Source: Octopus vulgaris
Lineage: Eukaryota
DNA length: 64,000 bases
Direction: 5' to 3'
NCBI GenBank assembly: GCA_951406725.2
Contig: OX597835.1
Location: 5,580,001-5,644,000 of the forward strand
Part shown: one piece after another, positions 53,827 to 64,000 of the stretch
How the letters are laid out: every line of letters starts with the position of its first letter
Numbering within the stretch: position 1 is the stretch's first letter
The notes under the pieces: model-generated
What the model was told of the DNA's origin: nothing
Database searches by the model: none
What the model saw: only the letters and a program-made list of their open reading frames with translations
Translations under genes and position numbers: made by a program

Positions 53827-54184
53827 AAAGTAAAAAAATACACAAACTGGGACGAGAACGTGAAACATTTAGAAGACGACACAAAAAACACGGACGGGAC
53901 TTTCGAAGCTCTCAGTCATCAGTCAAGAACCAGATCATCTTCGCAATTTCGGCTGATTAATCTTGAGATTGCTCCGATCTGGGCAGCCACCAAGGGAAAT
54001 CTAAGCCAAGCGCATTAGAATCCTTGGAAGAAAGCCAAGAAAGTATACAACACAGGGACGGAAAACGGACGATGTTACACGAAAAAAAAAAACAAAAATA
54101 CGTAAAAACAATAACGATAGCACGAATAAGAATACAAAATAGGTAAAAACAGTAATAACAGTATATATATATATATACATCAGT

Positions 54185-54790
54185 GTATCGAGGCGGTGAA
54201 CAAAGCCAAATGGAATCTTTTCCTCATTCGCCGGTCTTTTCACAACCTTTCAACGGACGTCTTTCGGCATTTATACAATATTCAACCCATCCTCGGATAT
54301 TGCATCCAGGCCTCAAACCCATATCTCCAGAAAGACATTCAGCATCTGGAACGGGCTCAGCAGTTCGCCACCCAAATGGTCGCAGGCTTGTCTAAGTTTA
54401 TGTATGAGGAACGTCTCCAACAGCTGGCATTACCTTCACTCAAACGATGGAGGATGCGGGTAGATCTCAATCTGGCTTTCAATATCTTCAACGGGAATGT
54501 AATCCTACCATTTGCGGAGTTTTTCACTCTGCGCCAGACAGAGGTCTTCGTGAGCATGATCGCAAAGTCTATACCCGACACTTTCGACTCAACAGGCGGA
54601 AGGCCGTAGTCTCCGTCCGTATCGCAGACCCATGGAACAAGCTACCACAAGATGTCATTCAGCTCCGACCACTCCCATGTTCAAAGAGGCTCTGGGCAAG
54701 TGTGAAGACTATGTATAAATCTATTTATAACAATAACTGTTTTTTATAATGTTTTTTACATGGCTTAAGCACAATCTGCTCTTATCCTGC
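54185..54790 (+). mobile_element. CR1-group LINE ORF2 3' fragment
   Basis: PILGYCIQASNPYLQKDIQHLERAQQFATQMVAGL...YEERLQQLALPSLKRWRMRVDL, then RIADPWNKLPQDV. Confidence 0.9.
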
Positions 54791-54822
54791 CCATAAATAT
54801 AATTTGATTTGACATATACATA

Positions 54823-54868
<46 letters not shown>

Positions 54869-55189
54869 TTTACATGTATATATGCAGACGCGTATATATG
54901 TATATATATATTTGTTTATATATATATTGTTTACACATACACACACGTACAAAGACATATGTGTATACACACATATATTCCCTTTTACTTGTTTCAGGCA
55001 TTTGACTGCGGCCACGCTGGAGCAAACATATATACAAGTAGATACATACATTTATATACGCACATACGCATACACGTAGACACAAGCATATTCATACACA
55101 CACGTTTACATATATATATATATATACACGCATGCGCACAATGGCATACACGTATCTATACACACATTTATATATTTATTTTTTATATA

Positions 55190-55400
55190 TTTTTTCTATT
55201 GCCCATAGGGGGCTAAACATAGGGGAGACAAACAAGGACAGACAAAAGGATTAAGTTCGTAACTGGTACTTATTTAATCGACCCTGAAAGGATGAAAAGC
55301 AATGTCTACCTCGGCGGAATTTGAACTCAGAACGTAACGGCAGACGAAATACCACTAAGTATTTCGCCTGGCGTGCTAATGATTGTGCCAGCTTGCTGCC
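55190..55400 (-). mobile_element. SINE family B
   Basis: Reverse complement of family B with an internal deletion. Confidence 0.85.
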
Positions 55401-55401
55401 C

Positions 55402-55510
<109 letters not shown>

Positions 55511-55952
55511 CTACACAAAGTTGTATGTTTTCGGCGAGAGACCAATAGTAACTAAACTTTAATGCGATATATTCCACACATTAATCTCGAGAGAAAAAAA
55601 TTTATTTACAAAAAAAAAAAAAAACTTCTTCCGTTTTTTTTATCTTCAACTTTTATGCTTTTCTTTACTTCTGAAGTGGTAGGAAATGAGATTAGTTTTT
55701 CAGAATTTATTGTCCCTTTTATATATATGTGTGCTTGCATGTATGTGTGTGCCTGAAACAAAGAGCCCATATGTGTGTATGTGTATGTGTGTGTGTGGGT
55801 GTACGTAAACCCTTTGCTATACACAACGTACCGTTACTATCTGGCTTCAGAGATTTAAGAACGAGATAAAGAAGATAAAGTTTTGGTAACATAAATACAC
55901 CAATAATACCATTCTGGATTTGTGAAATACGATCAATGGCATCTAAGAATTG

Positions 55953-55996
<44 letters not shown>

Positions 55997-55997
<1 letters not shown>

Positions 55998-56392
55998 CTT
56001 TATATATAAAAGAGAAGTTGTGTGTCTGTCTCCTACGATTTAGATTCCTAACTACTCCCACATTTTGCGGTGCAGTTTAACCAAAACCGGGTATCTTATA
56101 GTCGTGATTCATATCGAGCCCTTCTGGGTATTAGCGCGCGTCTACGATGAGTCTACGATTTAAAAAAATATTTACCATCATTTTTTTCCATTTTAATGCA
56201 TTTTTTCGCTATTATATAAGGGAAGTAACTCTCTAAAAATGTCTACGATGAGTCAACGATTTAAAAAAATATTACCATAATTTTTTTTCCAATTTTAATG
56301 CATTTTTTTGCTATTTTTTGGCTATAACTCTCTAAAAATGCTTATATAGTTATTTCCCTTACAAACCCGAGCAACGCCGGGCGATACTGCTA

Positions 56393-56393
<1 letters not shown>
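55997..56393 (+). mobile_element. Non-autonomous Helitron
   Basis: 5' A|TCtttatatataaa, subterminal hairpin cccgagcaacgccggg and 3' CTAG|T. Inserted in (TA)n; carries an internal ~100-bp tandem duplication. Confidence 0.85.
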
Positions 56394-56431
<38 letters not shown>

Positions 56432-56589
56432 TCTTATATATATATATATACCAGAGTAAGTACACAAATACGAAACAAGGTGGCAAAGACAGTACTCGAA
56501 TACCAGAGTTAGAGTAAAATGCCTTATTAAAAAGCAGCAAAAATATCACAAAAACTGTTACTCAGAGTTACATGTTCCCATATATTTAT

Positions 56590-56836
56590 ATAGGGTATCC
56601 CCCAAAATGTATACACACTTTAAATAATTCTAAAGTAGGTGTTTATTAAAATACATTCCATTTTCAAAATTTAATGGGATCTACAGACGTTATTTTATTG
56701 TTCTGTCAACGCCTATATTCAAACTGACGTCCGTTTTGGTCAAGATACTGCTGATTAAAAGAAGCAATGGAATCGCAAACATTATGAAAGAATTCGTTTG
56801 GTATTTGTGTGCACTCTTTTTTCAATGGCCGCTCTT
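56590..56836 (-). mobile_element. Second Tc1/mariner 3' remnant
   Basis: RAAIEK(frameshift)ECTQIPNEFFHNVCDSIAS...LDQNGRQFE; terminus tatagggtatccccc. Confidence 0.7.
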
Positions 56837-56890
56837 ATGAGGACATAAGCATAACTCTGGTTTTCAAGTGACGGTGGAGGACAAATACGG

Positions 56891-56923
<33 letters not shown>

Positions 56924-59659
56924 CACACACATACACACATACACACACACACACATAAACACACACAAAAATACACACACACACACACACATAAACACAC
57001 AAATACATATACACAAACACACACACACACATATGCACAGTATATAAATACTACGGCTTTATTTCATTTTCCGTCCACAAAATCCACAAACGAGGTTTTG
57101 GAATTCAAGTTAAGCGAAATAATATTTTCGTCATTAATGTCGAATAACAGAATATTTTATTTGCTTCATATTACTTTAGCTTTCGAGTATTAAAGGCAGG
57201 TAAGTTAATAAAACCCAGTGCAAAAGAATCTGTACACTGCATATTTCGTAGAAAAACTGCCAAATACTTTGCTAACGAAACATTTTTTCTCATTACAGTT
57301 TCAAGTCTTTCATGAATTGCCAAATACTTACAAAACGAAACTAATATTCCCTAATGAGACAGTTTAAGCTGATAAGATTGGTTAAAATGAGTTAAGCATT
57401 CTTTATACAAAAGCTAAAATTGATCTTGTTTAGTAGTTTTATGAAGATAATCCCCAAGAAGAATTGTGGATATGCCGGCAGCCTTTAGGATGCCATGCCT
57501 CAAGAAAAGCCCCGTGTTTAATTTAATCTATTTGAAAAAGGTGAAATGTCACGTTGTTAAAGAATTTCAAATGTTTAAAAAAAAAACAAACCAAAAATGT
57601 CTGCATCGTCTGACACAAATATGCATGTTCCAATATTTGAAATCAGAAGTAAACGTTGTAAAACAAGTATTAATAAAACTAGTCTTTTTAGCTTTTTTTT
57701 TTACTTAATTAAATGGAAGAATATTTTATAGTGTGAAAATAATCGCATGTTTGTATTTAATATTAAGGCCTTACTTGTGTGCAAGATATCACTCTCAGAT
57801 CCTACAATTTCTCGAGTAGAGTACAGTTGGTAACCGTTCTCTCACCTTGTTTCAGCTTTAACTTACACAACCTTTATCATGACTCCACCGAATATACAAT
57901 CTCATTCGCAGGAGGCACGAGGTTCCCAAGCATCTACCATTTTACAGGCACTGCTCAGAATTATTTCAAACCTCCGTGAATCCCTCAGAAAACTACCTCC
58001 ACAAAACAGATTTAAAAGTAGAGTGTCCCAAATATCCTGGTCCCATTTAATCAGCAGCAACACACGAGAACAGCGAAATCAACCAATCAAAACCCCTGAC
58101 TGATATAAAAACCATAAACACAATAGATAAAAATACATCTCCTTCGTATTTATAACACATCCAATACTTTTTTTAAAATCTACAGAAACGTACTTAGAGC
58201 AACCATACGGGTCACATTTGGGTCATACGGGTCACATTTGGTTAACGAAACGAAAAACAGGGACAATATACAAAGAATAGATTCCATCTCCGTCTTGGAT
58301 TAATCAGTCCAATTTATGTCCCCGTCTTTCTCGGCAACAAATCGCACTAAACTACAAGGAACAATAAAACCTTGCCCTGAACATCATCACTAGTCGAAAC
58401 CAGACCAACCCTGTAGCAAAAAACATATAATAAAATATATTTCCAGCACATTTATGGGGTGCACTGTTTGTTGCCGTAGCACCCTTTAACGGTCATAGTT
58501 CATGCTACTTCATAAAACTCCTCCACCAACAGTCACACACAGATACACCACCCAAGACACTACAACAACGACAGATTAAAAACATTATCTTTCCCACTCA
58601 GTCACATTCACCAAGGGATAAAAGTTATTCAGATATAAGAGTCACGTACACATATAAATAAATGACACATACACGATGGTATATGAGTCACACAGAAATA
58701 TGGATAGCATACACCAAGCTATAACAGCAGCAAATGAAATTCTAGATAGCTGACTTCTTGAAGTCTACTCGTAAAATGAAAATATTTTCAGCTTTCAGTT
58801 TTCAACAGGATGACTCCGAATCGAATATTTCCTCGTAAACGTAACAGAATTTTGACTGAATTTAGTTTTATCCATAAAGCGTTTCTGCACTGTAGGAAAA
58901 TAGTTACAGACACAAAAACCTAATTTCCCTTAACGACCACAGAATGTTTCTCTGTAATTTGGAAATTATCATACGAAGTTCCACTTTACGTGCATAAACT
59001 ACGACTACAAAGTCACCAAAGTACTTTTGTGGAGTACATAAAAGCAATGTTTCACTTTAATTTTATCAAAACATTGTTATATTCTTATCTTCCATATCCG
59101 TGAATAATATCGACTGTTTGCTTAAATATTCCTATTATGTCTCTATTAAGTTTATTTGGCATTCTTTCGGAAGTTAATGTTTGTTGATGTAGAACATAAT
59201 GTGTGTGGTGGTACACATAAATGGAAGCTTTCTCATAGAGTATTGGAACTAAATTAGATTTACCATAAATTCTGATAGGAAGCCTATCTGTTCAAATAAA
59301 CAAAATAATGTACTTTGACAAATCGGGGGAAATGAAAAAATGGATTAATTTGAACTTGGATCAAGTGAATACAATTTGCTCATTAATATACAATGCAACT
59401 TGTTTATTATTAAATACAATCCATCAAAGACTAAAAAGCGCTACTTTGTCGATCTTTTTTTTCTTTTTATGAACAAAGTTCGCAAACGCGAGGAATTGGC
59501 TGTTGTTTCAAACATCGAGCTGTTATTATTGGCGCAGGACTGCGTTTTATCTCGCCGCTGATTCATGTCTTTAATCAATTAGCAAAGTGTTTTGCTGTCT
59601 AAAGACACCATAATCAATCATTTTTATGAAGACTCCCATCAAGATTTCTGTCTATTCTT

Positions 59660-60140
<481 letters not shown>

Positions 60141-61363
60141 AGCGTCATATAATGGAGAGGAATTATGTGACTCTCTATGATATCAGGGTTTATTTTATTT
60201 TGCAACAGCATACAGTTTTGAAGGAAGCTTTCGGAACACGGTTTCCAAGACCAAACCAAAATAATGGTAATGAATTTTTAATCAACTTAGTTAACTCATT
60301 TCTTGAGGCATTGATAGTTTTTTTGTTGTTTTTTTTTTTTGCTTGATCTCAAAAAGTTCTTCTAGTCCCGTCAGTTTCATGCTTCCATTTATCAAATAAC
60401 AAAATATAAATCAAGATTTCACAGTTTCCTCTCGCTCTGACGCACACGTGAAACCCTAACCAACGCATTCATTAACCCGTTTCTTTCCTGACAGACGACA
60501 TTTCGCAAGATGAAACCTTTGAAAGAACGGAAAGAAAAGTAACTGAACAGAAAGCCAGCGAAACGTTTTGACATCAGATGAAAATTTATTAATATCAGCA
60601 GAAACATTATCCATGGAATGACGCAATGGTTACTTGCGAATGAGTGATACTGATGGCGCCACCATTGTGCTTACTTGTTGCGACAATGTGTGAATAGACG
60701 GAATAACGAAACAAAAGAATAGGAGTAATCGAACACCGATTTCGCCAGACATTCACAGCCAACACATTAAGAGTAGATATTACAAAAAAACACAAACTTC
60801 TTTATCTCATCAGAGATATTATACGTTATTATCGAAAGCAATATGAACCCAGCAAGTGGCTTCCATACTTTGAAAAGTTAAGGAATTCGCCAGTTAATTA
60901 GTCTTGGCTACAAAGTCTTCCGATTATTATAGATAATGGTGCAGCTATTTAGCAAAGATCTACACACATGGGTTAGACATTTATTCAAAGGCGCTCCACC
61001 AATGACCCTCCTCACCGTTTCATCATATAATTTCGCTCAATGTCATGTGATAGTTTCAGCAATTTATTGCCGTAGGAGCTACGACATAACAACCGTTCAT
61101 GCGATCGTTATTTTACGAATTAACATCCCCACCAAAAGACATCTTGATAGTTTCATTGTCCATTTTAGTATGACTGGGACTATTAACCTTCATATTATTG
61201 CTGCTGTAATTCTTGTAAATTTAATACTATTGTTAGAGAATGATATGTTTGCGTTTAAACACTATTTTGGGAAGGATCTGCAAAATACAGAATGAAAGAA
61301 ATATGAAATAGGGAGACCTAACAAGATATACACACATATATATATATTTATACATACAAAACT

Positions 61364-61396
<33 letters not shown>

Positions 61397-61456
61397 CATA
61401 GGCATACATGTATTTATATATATACATACCGATATGAACATATGTATATTACAGAC

Positions 61457-61529
<73 letters not shown>

Positions 61530-61794
61530 TCGATGTAACATATATCCGAAAAAGAAGCACGCTCTAAAGCATAGAGCAACGTTCTATTTATAAGTTGTTA
61601 AGTCTATGTCCGATCATAGAGTGACCAATGGTTTCGCATCCTCAAAGGCCTTGGTTCAGTGAACATATTGTCAAATTTTAAAGCCGGAGTCAAATGTAAC
61701 TTTTCACCTCTGGGAGGCAGGAATCCCGTTACGGCCATTTGGTCAGTAAATCACCAAAGTATAAATAATCCCGGGTCAGTGAGAACGGGTTATC

Positions 61795-62225
61795 TCCCTT
61801 ACAGTGACCGATATAGTATTGCACCACGTGGAATATATTCCTTCAATATTATCCAAACGATATCGGTATTATGTTTACAACTCACCCAAGACTAGGGACT
61901 CGTGCAATGCGTTCCCTACAAAGATCGAGATCACATCATATAAGAACATTGCGATGCACAGTTTCTTCACTGCAAATGGTCCTGCTCTTTTCAAAGGTAT
62001 TCCGAAAGAAATTGAAGTAGAAAAAGACCCCACAGCTCTCAAACAGTATCTAGAAAAATACCTCCAAGAAATACCGGATAAACCACCTACACCTGGATAC
62101 GAACTAAACCAACAGCAACCACTGCTTGAATGGTCCATGGTGTCCCGAAATAAATAACTAAAAGACTTTTCTATTTGGTGCTACTGAGTTAGTCATGGCC
62201 TCGGACAATAATGGCCTAAACCATG
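61795..62225 (+). mobile_element. CR1-group LINE 3' end remnant
   Basis: PNDIGIMFTTHPRLG, then SFFTANGPALFKGIPKEI...LEKYLQEIPDKPPTPGY. Confidence 0.75.
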
Positions 62226-62228
62226 TAA

Positions 62229-62327
<99 letters not shown>

Positions 62328-62445
62328 GTATTTAAAGAAACCGAGAGAGACAGACAGACAGACAGACAGATAGATAGATAGATAGATAAGGTCCGACCTG
62401 AATTAAACATACACACATATATATATGTATATGCACACATATATA

Positions 62446-62497
<52 letters not shown>

Positions 62498-62510
62498 TAT
62501 ACATATATAT

Positions 62511-62564
<54 letters not shown>

Positions 62565-63030
62565 GTAAAACATTTCGACCTACACCATCACAGCCAGCGT
62601 GTTCCTTCTTCTAGCGATAATAAAATAAAACAAATTGAATTTCCTATATTTACAAAAGCACGGCAATAAATAAACCCGGCATCGTAAACGATTGTAGCAC
62701 GTCTTAAACACGAATGCAGCCAGTAATTAGAACAACGATAAAGTACGTATACGCGTTTGCGTATGTGTGTGTGTGTGTGCGCATGCGTGTTTGTTTGTGT
62801 GTGTGTGTGTTTGTATGTGTGCAAACAACAAAAATACATTTAATAATAGATATAGGAATATAGCATTTCTCGTCTCTATTGAAGCAATCAGGCAAACCTT
62901 GCACGAAATATAAAACGTCATATCTATCTACTTACGACACATGAAATTCCCCTCTGTTACCAAGAATGTCTTGAAATCTTTCAAATATCTCCTTAACAAT
63001 AAGCATAATTCGATGTATCTATATCTATTC

Positions 63031-63066
<36 letters not shown>

Positions 63067-63082
63067 CACTAACTATATTTAC

Positions 63083-63174
<92 letters not shown>

Positions 63175-63188
63175 CATACATACATACA

Positions 63189-63222
<34 letters not shown>

Positions 63223-63244
63223 CATACATACATACATATATATT

Positions 63245-63420
63245 TAGGGAGAATCCCCCTCCCCAAAAGAAAAAGACGTAGATGTATTAGTACAACGCTT
63301 GGGAAGTGAAAAAGTCTTTAACATTTCGAGCCTACGCTCTTCCACAGAAAGGAACGCAGAAAGAAACAAGGAGAGAAAATAAAGAATGTGTAGTGGGTAA
63401 CGATCTATCATGGCAAAAGA
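63245..63420 (-). mobile_element. Short pLTR/retrozyme-like repeat with a hammerhead variant at 63316-63351
   Basis: cttt-CTGTGGAA-gagc gtag gctc-GAAA-tg-TT-aaag; same architecture as 18760-18795. Confidence 0.55.
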
Positions 63421-63437
63421 ATATATATATATGGAAT

Positions 63438-63483
<46 letters not shown>

Positions 63484-63894
63484 TGGATAGATAGATATAG
63501 ATACGTGGGTGTGTGTCTGTCCATCTGCGTGTGTACGTGCATGAATATATATGTATGTATGTTTGTCTGAGTCTGTGTACTTATGTATGTATGTATATCT
63601 ATATGCACATTTTATTTGTGTGTACATCAATATATTTAAGCATACACTAATATCTAGCTATCTGTATCTTATACATACATGTAAATTCAGTTAACAAACT
63701 ATCAATAAATACCTCAAAGTAGGTAAGGTTTAACAAACATTGTATTAGCTTTACGCTTTTATAAAAAAAAAAAAAGACTAACAGATCGTCACATTTTGGG
63801 TGTTGGTCTTTCATCAGAAGATAGAGATATTTTTCAAAGGAGTGAGAAAAGTGAATTGTTAGTCAGATATATACAGAGAAAATCTTAGACAGAG

Positions 63895-64000
<106 letters not shown>

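Noticed and set aside
57180-57199. Possible 20-nt microexon (tttag|...cag|gtaagt)
   Set aside because: Such splice-like matches are expected by chance in 64 kb; the length is not a multiple of 3 and no partner exons were found.

Overview
AT-rich, repeat-dominated animal genomic DNA. The SINE families and very dense microsatellites look like an octopod cephalopod (inferred from remembered repeat sequences, not from a search). I find no credible host protein-coding gene; nearly all ORF-track entries are microsatellite translations. The window contains four tRNA-derived SINE families, and decayed non-LTR retrotransposons of several types: R4/Dong-like, Tx1/L1-like, Hero-like, CRE/R4-like and CR1-like. 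It also holds a Penelope-like element (RT thumb plus GIY-YIG) with a twin-priming-type inversion, two Tc1/mariner 3' remnants, a non-autonomous Helitron, a ~200-bp tandem array and several local duplications. The most notable hidden signal is a set of about 8 complete (intact to degenerate) and several partial minimal type I hammerhead-ribozyme motifs. They come from several unrelated short repeats, mostly next to (TA)n or other simple-repeat tracts, as expected for Penelope pLTR or retrozyme-type elements. Three long fold-back structures could also form dsRNA if transcribed: two inverted SINE pairs and a ~215-bp palindrome. All coordinates and alignments were read by eye.
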